64,000 bases of DNA. It comes from Callorhinchus milii (Eukaryota). The stretch spans positions 48,548,001 to 48,612,000 of the forward strand of contig NW_024704742.1 of the NCBI RefSeq assembly GCF_018977255.1, in the 5' to 3' direction. Below the pieces are notes generated by a model. It was not told the origin of the DNA. It did no database searches and saw only the letters and a list, made by a program, of their open reading frames with translations. Made by a program: the position numbers and the translations under genes. This document shows positions 25,946 through 36,219 of the stretch, in pieces; the first letter of the stretch is position 1; every line of letters begins with the position of its first letter.

Positions 25946-26266
25946 TGGAGTCCTGTAGCTCAGTGGTTAGAGCACTCGCTTTGCAAGTGAGCGACCTGGG
26001 TTTGATTCCCGGCAGGGTGAAACCTTGAGCAAATTTCCTTACTCCACACGCCTGATAATAATCCCTCAAAAAAACAGTAATAAATTGGTCACTTCAATCC
26101 ATGACTGTTTGTGGGACATTGCTGTGCGCAAATTGGCTGCTGCATTTCGGCCACAATTATACAGTCAATTCACTTTACAGTCTATTCTGTGAAGCGCTTT
26201 GAGATGTCTAGAAGAAATGAAAAGTGCTATATCAAATGCAAGGATTATTATTATTATTATTATTAT
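25946..26266 (+). mobile_element. Young tRNA-derived SINE, full-length short form
   Basis: tggagtcctgtagctcagtggttagagcactcgctttgcaag; (TTA)n tail; degenerate target duplication ccggtaaatg/ctggcaaatg. Confidence 0.9.
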
Positions 26267-26672
26267 GCTGGCAAATGTCGGTACAGTGATTTGAATGAAG
26301 CACTTTGAGATATCAAATGCAAGGATTATTATTATTACAGGCCTTGTAATTCTTTGAATCCTATGAGCAAAAGATAGTGAATCAGCTACTTTCTGCTCGC
26401 AGGTTTCAAACTGAGTCAATGTCAATATCCCTGACCACTGAAGGGCTGCGAGCACAGTGAGAATAATTTTTTTTTAATTCATTTCAGGCCTGGTCTGGCT
26501 ATGTTCAAATTCCAGATACCCAGATGGATATAGTCCAGTAAGGATACAGTCCAGTAAGTTGGGGGTTACTGTATTATAATTATTATTATATACATTTAGT
26601 CCCATTTACCTGTCTTTCCTCAGACTCCTGCAAATGAGCAGAACCATAAAAATGTACAGCCATTCAACCTTA

Positions 26673-26779
26673 AATGTTTGAACAAGATTGTAATGCTCCA
26701 TAAGCACAATTTGATTAATTCAGCAGAGCTGAATTAATCAAATTGTGCTTATGGAGCAGTACAATCTTGTTCAAACATT
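26673..26779. repeat. Near-perfect 107-bp palindrome (52-bp arms, 3-nt spacer)
   Basis: 26673-26724 is the reverse complement of 26728-26779 with a single mismatch. Confidence 0.95.
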
Positions 26780-27029
26780 GTCCTGTTATCTAGTCCTGTT
26801 ATATAGGGAAGTACAGGGCCAGAAAAGACCATTGCAGACCATCTGGCCAACCCTGGAATTCACAACATGCCATACCATATTCCATCTCTTTTAACCTCAA
26901 GCATTTCTTTCATTCATCTTGCTGCTGAATTTGCGAAACTGTCTGCTTTTATTGTATCACTGGAGAAAGTAAGCAATATTAACCACAGGCATAATTCCAC
27001 CTTAAGTGTTAGCCTGTAAAACCATTTTG

Positions 27030-27150
27030 TCTTAAAATTTCAGAATGCACAGAATTGTAGAACATTCTTAAATTAAGTCTTAATTTAGAAGCTATTTTTC
27101 AGCAGTTCTTAAAGAGAAATTGGCTTCCAAATCTGAAATTTAAAAACACA
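27030..27150. mobile_element. AT-rich fold-back MITE family fragment
   Basis: cagaattgtagaacattcttaaattaagtcttaatttagaagc..gaaattggcttccaaat is similar to the 12508 and 44850 copies. Confidence 0.5.
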
Positions 27151-27861
27151 ATAAGCTAAGACTAGGAGGAATTGCAGCCCACATGTGCATAATTTTGTAA
27201 AATATAGCATTATTTTTAAAAAATAGAGAATAAATGTATCACACAGCAGTGCACCTTTGAGTTACCATACAGTTAATCCTTTCTGATTAAACTATCTTCA
27301 CTGAGAAATTTCCCCTGCAGGGGTTCAACGTTTTGTAGTGAATGAGATTATTCAAAATAGGCTCACGGCTAGATAAAAAAGCTAATTCTCTCACAGTTTC
27401 CATTTACAGTAACAAATATGACAATAAAGCATAAACATTGCAACATTTACCGGAATTGATCTTACCATTAAAACTGCACAAAGGAACTGGCCTCAGGCAA
27501 AAGTAAATAATATAGTATTTCTCTATTCCATTTATGAGAATTTGATGATACATATTGCCCTACATCAAAAGGAGGCTCTGCCAGTGATTATTAATGCTGT
27601 TTAATTCAAGCAGTTAAGTACAAGATTCCTAACCAGAAGTAACTGAGTCTAGGTCCCCAGGTCTGACAGGTCCCTTGACTCAGCAGTGGAACTTGGTTAG
27701 GCTGCTTCATGATCTAATAAGGAAAGCGGATCCCAATTCTTCCCACTGTAAAATGTGCTTCTGGTTAGAGTACCTTGGATGAGGGGCCAAGAAATCATCG
27801 CCTTCCAGCTCAAAGGACTGTGAGACCAGGTAGCAGATAAACAAATGAAAACAAATGCAAA

Positions 27862-28085
27862 TACAACAACAACAACAGCAAGATTCCATTTATAGAGCAC
27901 CTTTCACGTCGGGAGGACGTCCCAAGGGACACCGCACGAGACAGTGCGGGGGGTGGAGGAAAAGCCGTTTGTGGAAACAAAAATTAAGACGGTGGGAGAG
28001 GTACGACCTAAACCACTCAAGGACAGGGCCTTGAAGGTTGAGGTGGGAGGACAAGCGGTGGGGAGGATAGCGTGGTCGACCTTAT
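27862..28085 (-). mobile_element. L2 3' end
   Basis: (caa)n-gcaagattccatttatagagcacctttcacgtcgggaggacgtccc. Confidence 0.75.
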
Positions 28086-28264
28086 GACTGCTTCAAAACA
28101 CCCATTCCAAGGTTGTGGAAAAAGCAAAGCAAAAAGCAAAGCAATTACTGTATGTCTATGGATGCACTGATCAATTTGAAACAAAGAGCAGCCATGGAAG
28201 TTATTGCATCAGATTTGTGATGTTCCAATAATCCTGCATTAATCATGGTTCAATCATTACTTTC

Positions 28265-29493
28265 TCGACGAATGGCTTCTCCTCCACCTCCGCACTGTCT
28301 CATGTGGTGTCCCTCAGGGCTCCGTCCTTGGTCCCCTCCTCTTCACCCTCTATATGCTCCCCCTTGGTGACATCATCCGCAGACATGGAGTTAACTTCCA
28401 CATGTATGCGGATGACACCCAACTCTACCTTTCCTCCTCTACTCTCAACTCCACGACCACCGATGTCCTGACAGCTGCCTGTCCGACATCGAGTCCTGGA
28501 CGAGAGACAACTTTCTTCAGCTCAACGTGCGAAAAACCGAGGCCCTCCTGATTGGCTCACGTCAGCGCCTCCGCACCTCAGGCGCTGACACCATCAGCAT
28601 CCAAGGCTGCACTCTCCACCTCGCAAAGCCAGTCAGGAACCTCGGCGTTTTGTTCGACCCTGAGCTGTCCTTTCTCCCTCACATCCGCACCACAACTGGC
28701 ACCGCCTTCCATCACCTCCGGAACATCGCCAGACTACGGCATTACCTCACCCCTCACGCTGCTGAAACCCTGGTTCACGCCTTTGTCACCTCAAGGCTGG
28801 ACTATGGGAACTCTCTCCTCGCCGGCCTTCCCGCCACCTCCCTCCACAAGCTGCAGGTCATTCAGAACTCTGCAGCTCGTGTACTGTCCCGCACCAGGCT
28901 TCGGGACCACATCACTCCCACCCTCGCTCGCCTCCACTGGCTCCCCATCCCCCAGAGGATTGATTTCAAGATCCTCATCCTCACCTACAAGGCCATTCAC
29001 GCCTGCCCCCTCCTACCTCTCCGACCTACTATCCCCCTACCTACCTGCCCGTACCCTCCGTTCCTCTGGCTCCGGTCTGCTCCACGTCCCCCGCCCCAAC
29101 CGCTCTACCATCGGTGGTCGGGCCTTCAGCCTCTCAGCCCCCAGGCTCTGGAACTCCATCCCCCAGTGCCTTCGCCGCTTCCTCCCTTTCCTCCTTCAAG
29201 GCCGGTCTCAAAACCTTTCTCTTTGACCGTGCCTTCAGCTCCCCTCTCGACTCTCTTCCCCTCCTCGCTCCCTCCCTTCCCTCCCCTCACCCTGACCATT
29301 TCCCCCTCCTCGCTCCCTCCCTTCCCTCCCCTCACCCTGACCATTTCCCCCCTCCTCGCTCCCTCCCTTCCCTCCCCTCACCCTGACCATTTCCCCCCTG
29401 CTCGGGTCATGACCCAACTGTGCAGCGCCTTGGGACGTCCTCCTGACGTGAAAGGCGCTTTATAAATGGAATCTTGTTGTTGTTGTTGTTGTT
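28265..29493 (+). mobile_element. 5'-truncated L2 LINE; reverse transcriptase pseudogene, 3' UTR and (TTG)n tail
   Basis: [41 protein letters not shown] (RT YADD), VRNLGVLFDPEL, HAFVTSRLDYGNSLLAGLP, LHWLPIPQRIDFKI, IGGRAFS; frameshifts near 28480, 29000 and 29170. Confidence 0.95.
29257..29397 (+). repeat. Triplicated 45-46 bp pyrimidine-rich unit in the L2 3' UTR
   Basis: ctcctcgctccctcccttccctcccctcaccctgaccattt starts at 29261, 29306 and 29352. Confidence 0.9.
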
Positions 29494-29949
29494 GTACTTC
29501 GTGACTGTTTACGTCATCGTGCATCAACTGCATGGAATGAATGACTGTACAACTGTCAAAACCCAACACCAATCAAGATATCATCTGGAACAGAATACAG
29601 CATGCTGCACATTGCAGAAGCCCATTGGATGTGGTACCTCAGGAACTATTAACATCATTCGAGCTTCCTCCTCAGGTTTGGATGATGTCCTAAACTAAGA
29701 AAGGAAAGAAGTACATAAAGGGCAAAAAGTTTGTAGTCTTATCTCGCTAACTCCCAACCGCATTGCCATTTTCATCATCACCCTAACTCCACAATAACCT
29801 GTTAGAATACATTCAACTCTCAGCATGAGAAAGGGTTTGAAAGTTCCCAGCAAAGAGAAGTTTTAAAATAACTAGTTATTTTCTGAAGTCCAAAAGGAAC
29901 TTTAAAAAAGTTTTTGTTCCAGAAAGGAATACGTTATATATAATTAGAA

Positions 29950-30385
29950 TGTCTGTAAGGTAATCAAGGAAATACCTCAGAATATTTATCCATTTATTAT
30001 TATAATTATTACAGATTAGCCGTGATCTAGTAGGATGGAGGAACAGGCTCAAGGGGCTGACTGGCCTCCTCCTATGTTCCAACAATAACTTTCATTTATA
30101 TAACACCCTTCACATAGGATAACATCATGGAGCGCTTCATAATGATGAGGTTGGGTGCTGAGCAAAGAAGAGAGGAGGGAGGAAGGGGAAGGTGACCATA
30201 GGTACAATCAAAGAGGTAGGTTTTATGATGAGATTGAAAGACAAATAGCCAAGAGGTGAGACAGAGAGAGGGAGAAGAGGGTCAGCCCAGATCATGTGTT
30301 CAAAATCCCGACGTGGAGTGTGAACCCGTAACCTTCTGACTCAGGAGTGAGAGAGTAAGAGTCCTACCAATTGAGCCAGGCTATT
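29950..30385. mobile_element. Composite of CR1 3' end (+), L2 tail (-) and Deu-SINE head (-)
   Basis: aacaggctcaaggggctgactggcctcctcc; aacaataactttcatttatataac; tgaacccgtaaccttctgactcagg. Confidence 0.6.
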
Positions 30386-31850
30386 GGAGGCTGCCTAAGT
30401 AAAACTGAAAAAAATATATAAAGTTAGGAGAGTGAATTTAGAGATAAGTCAACATCGTCCCTTCCATGTATTGTATCTTCAGGTGTCTGGTTCAGGAGTT
30501 TAGTATGAGATGAATCTCATCGGAAGGTGTCTCGCCATCCTGGGGAATGGGGAGGGGGAAAACAAGGGGAGAGAGAGAGAGAGAGAAAGTGTGACAAGGA
30601 GAAAATAATGAAGACAAAGGAAGAAAGCTACAAGAGTAAGAAGATAAAACAAATTGAATAATTCACAGCTTTTCCATGTAACTGAAAGCTGTACCATTTT
30701 ACAAATATAAAAAGGAAAACATACACTCAATTTGGAAATCTGTGAAGATCAAAAAATGAGCTTTGTCAGTTCTTTAAAGTGTAGCAAACACACAATCCAA
30801 GCTCAATAAAAGATATGATAGCAATACTAAGTCCAAAAAGATATTCACTATAGATCTTCACCAAAGAGCAGCGAGAGATGACATTTCCATTATTCTCGTC
30901 TAAATCCAAAAACACCGCGTGGGTTGAAATTACAAGGCAAGTCAAATCACAGAAATCCAATTTCATCAACGCCAAGCTTGATGCAATGAAGCATACAAAA
31001 TTGATAAGATCACAAACTGCCAAAGATTAAATTTAATTGTGTAGTCGTATTGCAATCTAGTTGGGATTTCAGTGTAATTTAAGTAATTTGTTTCTGTAGA
31101 AACACTTTACTAATTTACAAAATCAACAACATTGCCTTTGGGTTACTGTAGCTAATGACCATCTCCCAGTAAATACAGACAAGTCACATCCTGTGCTGCC
31201 TGGAATGAAAGGCATCTTCGGCATGATATTCACAAGTGAATGGACTCCCGGGTTAACCTGCAGACACTAAACCCTACAGGCAAACACATTCACATTCCAA
31301 CTCTTGACCACATAATTTCCTCTCCCCCCCTCCCCCACACACACCCAAAGGCAATGAAACTAAGCACTTCTGCCCTGCACTTTCAAAACAATTCCAAATA
31401 CAGTTCCTGCTTCTGCAAGCCAAAACCGACCTTTCAGTAAGACATTTTCAGGTATCGCTCAACTCTTATCAATGGGCTTATTAATTAAAGGTTTCTCATG
31501 ATGCATTAGGGCAAGTAAAGCTGACACGCATTAAAGCAACATGTTACGTTAAAGGTAATTTTGCGGTTGAACGTCAAACCTGGGAAATATGGATTTCAGT
31601 CCCAGAAATGACGGGCCTTTATGCTTGAAAATCGATTCAAACTCAAGAAAAATTTGAAAAAGCGCTTATCTGAACACAAACACAAATGCAATCAGATTCA
31701 GTCAAACAGGAATTTGTCTCGTCTTTTCTCTGCTTCCAAACATTCAGGAATATTTCCAGTTGGACTGGAAGGGCCTCTGACTAAGCAGACAGCAGGCAAC
31801 TACAGTAAGATAACAGTAAGATACTGAGTTCTGTAGGTATTCTGTCTGGA

Positions 31851-32168
31851 TAATAATAAATAATAATCCTTGCATTTGATATAGCGCTTTTCACATCTTC
31901 TCGACGTCTCAAAGTGCTTCACAGAATAGACTGTAAAGAGAATTGATTGTATATTTGTGGGCGAAACGCGGCAGACAATTGAGCACAGCAGTGTCCCACA
32001 AACAGTTGTGGATTGAAAATGACCAATTTATTATTGTTTTGTTTTGGAGGGATTATTATTAGGCGTGTGGAGTAAGGAAACTTGCCCAAGGTTTGGTCCT
32101 GCCTGGAATTGAACCCAGGTCTCTCGCTTGCAAGGCGAATGCTCTAACCACTGAGCTACAGGACTCCA
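31851..32168 (-). mobile_element. Young tRNA-derived SINE, full-length short form
   Basis: Complete head to tail; 6-bp target site duplication ctggat (31846-31851 and 32169-32174). Confidence 0.92.
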
Positions 32169-32449
32169 CTGGATCCAGATTCACTCCATTAACGTAGCAT
32201 TTCGGAGCGACCAGAAAACATCAATCATTAAATACTGCCTTTGATTTTAAAATCGGTTTTCTATAAGTTTATTTCAACAATTACAAAAAATGGGTTTCAA
32301 AGTTAAACCTGAATTCAACAATTTACCAAATTCTAACAGGTTTGAGGGCTGAATAAGCCTTCTCATGTTCCTAGATCCTCACTAACCTCAATGGCAATCT
32401 CAAAGACTGGCTTGAGCCAAAAAAGTAATCATACATGCAATAAAATGTT

Positions 32450-32730
32450 CTTAATTCATTTACATTTATTCAGTGCCTTTTACGTCAGGAGGATGACATC
32501 TCACAGCACTTTGCAAAATTGGCTGGAGGAATAATAATAATAATCCTTGCATTTGATATACTGCCTTATCACATTGTTGAGATGTCTCAAGGCGCTTCAC
32601 AGAATATAATGTAATATGAATTGACTGTATATTTTGTGGATGAAACTTTCATCTTTAAACATGGTCAAAGAGGCAGGTCTTAAGGTTGGTTATAAAAGCG
32701 AGAAGGAGGGGGTTGATTTGGAAGGGCTCC
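32450..32730 (-). mobile_element. Nested L2 tail, SINE tail and L2 3' UTR fragments
   Basis: ttttacgtcaggaggatgac; (taa)n ccttgcatttgatat; catggtcaaagaggcaggtctt. Confidence 0.65.
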
Positions 32731-33579
32731 TGGATTGCCAGCTATGTGTAAAATTGGAGAATACTTTTATAGCTTTTGAATCCATGCAGTCTGATTTAAC
32801 TGCTGAACATCCTTTAACAACTTAACATCCTCATATAAAAATACACATCCGCCTATAAACATACTCACTTTACAATAAATCACGAGATGTCATCCTGATG
32901 TGAAAGGTGCTGTCTCAAATGTAAGGATTAGTTATTTAATCCCTTTGGACTGTAGTTCTTGTAGACCAAAAGTATCTTTCAAAGTGGCTTGAGGCTCAAG
33001 AAATTCTTTCTCAAAGTGCTGAGTGGCATTCCCAAGTTTATAGCTGAAGTCTCATCACTGGCATTGTTCCGATTCAATTGCTGCAGTGAACAGCTGAGAG
33101 CTTTGCAATGTTGGCTAAGATATGCAAAGTGACAAAGTGAATGCACTGCAATGTGACCGCTGTACATTGTTGTGCACAGCGGTGCAGATGAAAAGTCAAA
33201 AGCCTGTCACTGACTTTGCAGAGATCACCACCGTCAGAATTTCTTCACGCTAGTTTACAAACAGGAAGCTCTTGAAAACAGCATTAGTAATTGATGCATT
33301 TGTTTATAAAGTCAGAATTGTTTCTTTAAACCTCAAAATATAGTGTTGCACCAGTGGAAATGGGAAATTAATCTAATCCATTTTGATCAAATTTCTATAG
33401 AATTGGATTTTGATTTTGGATATCACCCCAAAACTTGTGGATTATATATGTAGTCTTGTTAAACATAAAAATGCTGAAGTATTCATTATGTTTAATTGTG
33501 ATTTACAGAACATAGAAACAAATTTGTCTTCTCTCATAATAATTTTTAGGAATTTTTTAGACATATTGAGGCTTTGACT

Positions 33580-33885
33580 GTATCTTCAGACACGTTCCAC
33601 AGCCCCCCATCCACCTCCCACCCACCCCACTCCATCCCACCACCTCCACCACCTACTTGGGATCCATTTCTGTCCTCGCAGAGCGCTTTCCAATGTGAAA
33701 GGTTCTGTACAGTGCAATGTGTTGTAGAAACACAGAAACAGGAGTAGTCCATTTAGCTCCTCGAGCCCCTGTTCTGTCATTCTATAAATTCATGGCTGAT
33801 CTGTACCTCAAGTCCAATTATCCACCCTTGCCCCAAATCCCTTAATACCCTGACCTAACAAATATATATCCACCTCAGTCTTGTT
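33580..33885 (-). mobile_element. L2 3' fragment followed by CR1 3' end
   Basis: agaaacaggagtagtccatttagctcctcgagcccctg..catggctgatctgtacctc is the reverse CR1 end; the adjacent gagcgctttccaatgtgaaagg is L2-tail-like. Confidence 0.55.
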
Positions 33886-35499
33886 ACTTGTGTTGTAGGA
33901 ATCAAAGCAAATTCTTCATGTCCCAGAACATAGCAAAATCCTCACTATTAATCAGCACCAGCCAACACTTACTGGTTATGTTCTGATAAGTAACTTTGCC
34001 CTTTTTATTTTTTATTCAGTTGTGGGATGTATGAGGTTTGTATACAGAAAAGCAGTACAATTTTGCAACAAAAGCCCTGCGCTCTGAAAAAAAATCCATC
34101 AAAAAACACTCACATGGCGAAGTTGAGTCAGATTGCATATTGGTTATTATTGCACTGTCCTGACAAACTTATTGTCTGACAGCAAAATGCCACATCAATT
34201 TGACTTCCAATTACAAAGTAATTATTACTGTGTACAGTTACTGACACTGGTGTAAATAGGCACTGCTGTTAATTCAGTCGTACTCCAGCATTCCCTATAA
34301 AGCATCGCAACTAATACCAGGTAAAGGATCTGTACCAACAAAACATTAAGTTATCGTAGATTTGCATTACAGATTGTGACAGAAGGAAAATGTCTGTTAA
34401 TCAGTTGTATTGCTATAAGCATTGATTGAAGTAAGGAAAATCTTGAGCCCTAAGACTGTAGTCAATTTCTTCCTAGTTTACCAGATTGTGGCCACAACAC
34501 ATCAGTCATTTTGACATCCACGAAGAGACAAACAAATTCCTCCTTATTTTATGAATTCCAGCAGTTACATCTCCATTACATTTTACTGAAACAACTTGCA
34601 CGGAAAAAAGGAGAGACATCTTTTTTTCCATTATAGGATTGAGTGCTGTGAAGACAAATGTATTTTAAGACTCAAGTCTGTGGAACTACAGCCGTTTCCA
34701 GTAATTGTAAATCATGAACCTTTTTCAAATTTTTATCGTAAGTTTATAGAAATTGCAAACAAAAACTCCGACACAACAAAAACAAAAGAATTCTGACCTC
34801 TATTAGACTCCGATCGCCAGCCACCAAAAGATTTCGGTGACAGTCTGTTGTGACATATTTATGCTGCATTTCTTTTGCTGCTTGTGGCGTATGCATAAAC
34901 AGCAAAATACAATATTTATGAATGGCATTCAGGTTAACAGCCAGCTTTCAAAAATCTATCAATTTAATGATGGCTTGTCTCAGGAATTGGTAAATTAGAT
35001 TCACTTTATTTACCATGCTTCCATTTTTTGCAGTGGTCTAACCATGGTTCCTACAGACAGATTGCTTGTCCCCATGACCTTGACCTCTGCACCTTGTTAC
35101 CATTCTGCCTTTGCAGCATCCTGGACCCTGTAAAGGGATTTACAGTTATCCCCATACCAAGATCTTCACACTAGATTTTACATCCCCATCACTAAATGCT
35201 CTTTGAATAGCCACAGCATTACGACACAGAGCAGATAGTGCATCTTCAGACTAAAGTGAGCTAATAATGTTAATTACGGTGATATATGAAACTGTCAGTG
35301 CTATTCACAAGAGAGGTTTGAATGAAGAAGGCCATGTCAACCATACTTTCTTTCAATTATAACATCAAGCTGCTGTTCCTTCATTGAATCCTGTTTCCTG
35401 GCCTCAACCACCCTTCCTAGTAAGGGTAAACGCCAAAGGTTAATCCAAAGTTGTTGTTCCAGATTTGCTCTCTTCATCTCTTTTACTGTCTCGTATACC

Positions 35500-35990
35500 T
35501 CTGTCAGGTTGTCCAAGAAAGTTCACAAGACTATTACCTGTACTGATGGGACTTAGCTATGAAGAATGGCTGGGTAGACAAGGGTTAGATATCACACTGG
35601 AGATTAAGGGATGATTTGATTGAAGCATTTCGAATAATTAAAGAAATTGACAGGCTAGATAGTGGGTAATTCTTTCCCTTGGTACAGGGATCCATTACTA
35701 GTGGGCATAGCCTTAAAATCAGAGCCAGGAGTGTTAGAACTGAGGACAGGAAGCATTTTTTCACACAAAGATTTGTGAAATTTTGAAATACTCTGTCCCA
35801 GAAAGCTATAGAGAGGAAATCAATAGAGCTGTTTAAAAGAGATTGACAAATACTTGAATAGTAGATGTATTAAGGGGTATAGCGAAAGGACAGGCATTGG
35901 GAATAAAAGATCTGCCCAAATCTAGTAAACTAGTGAAAAGACATGATGGGCTGAATGGCCTTCTGTTTCTGCTTTCCTATGTTCCTCTAT
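35500..35990 (+). mobile_element. CR1 3' portion (ORF2 end and 3' UTR)
   Basis: VQESSQDY/LSYEEWLGRQGL, RLRDDLIEAFRIIK and TSGHSLKIR..RKHFFTQRFV remnants; gggctgaatggccttct..cctatgttcct end. Confidence 0.8.
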
Positions 35991-36119
35991 TTTTGAGAAT
36001 AAAGAGCCTTAGATTATCTTGTCATACCTCAAATGAGAGCCATTAATGCCAATGATGAATGCATTGATTTATACTATAAATCAATAATAATAATAATCAA
36101 TGTTCAATCAAGAAAAACT

Positions 36120-36219
36120 GGAAACGCACTATTGTTTTTAAAAAGACTCACCTAGACTAGTGCGACTGTTCTGTGGGTAACTTCATGACAGCCCATGGGC
36201 CATGGGTTGGCCACCACTG
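36120..36219. mobile_element. Possible hAT-type MITE 3' terminus
   Basis: Ends in ggttggccaccactg, a hAT/Charlie-like terminal sequence; the matching end was not found. Confidence 0.3.

Noticed and set aside
25946..26020. tRNA-Ala(TGC)-like gene, and similar heads at 1151, 8316, 23196, 32168 and 60699
   Set aside because: Each continues into a SINE body and tail, so these are SINE heads, not tRNA genes.
28354..29465. Functional reverse transcriptase gene
   Set aside because: 5'-truncated, no endonuclease domain and several frameshifts; a retroposon pseudogene.
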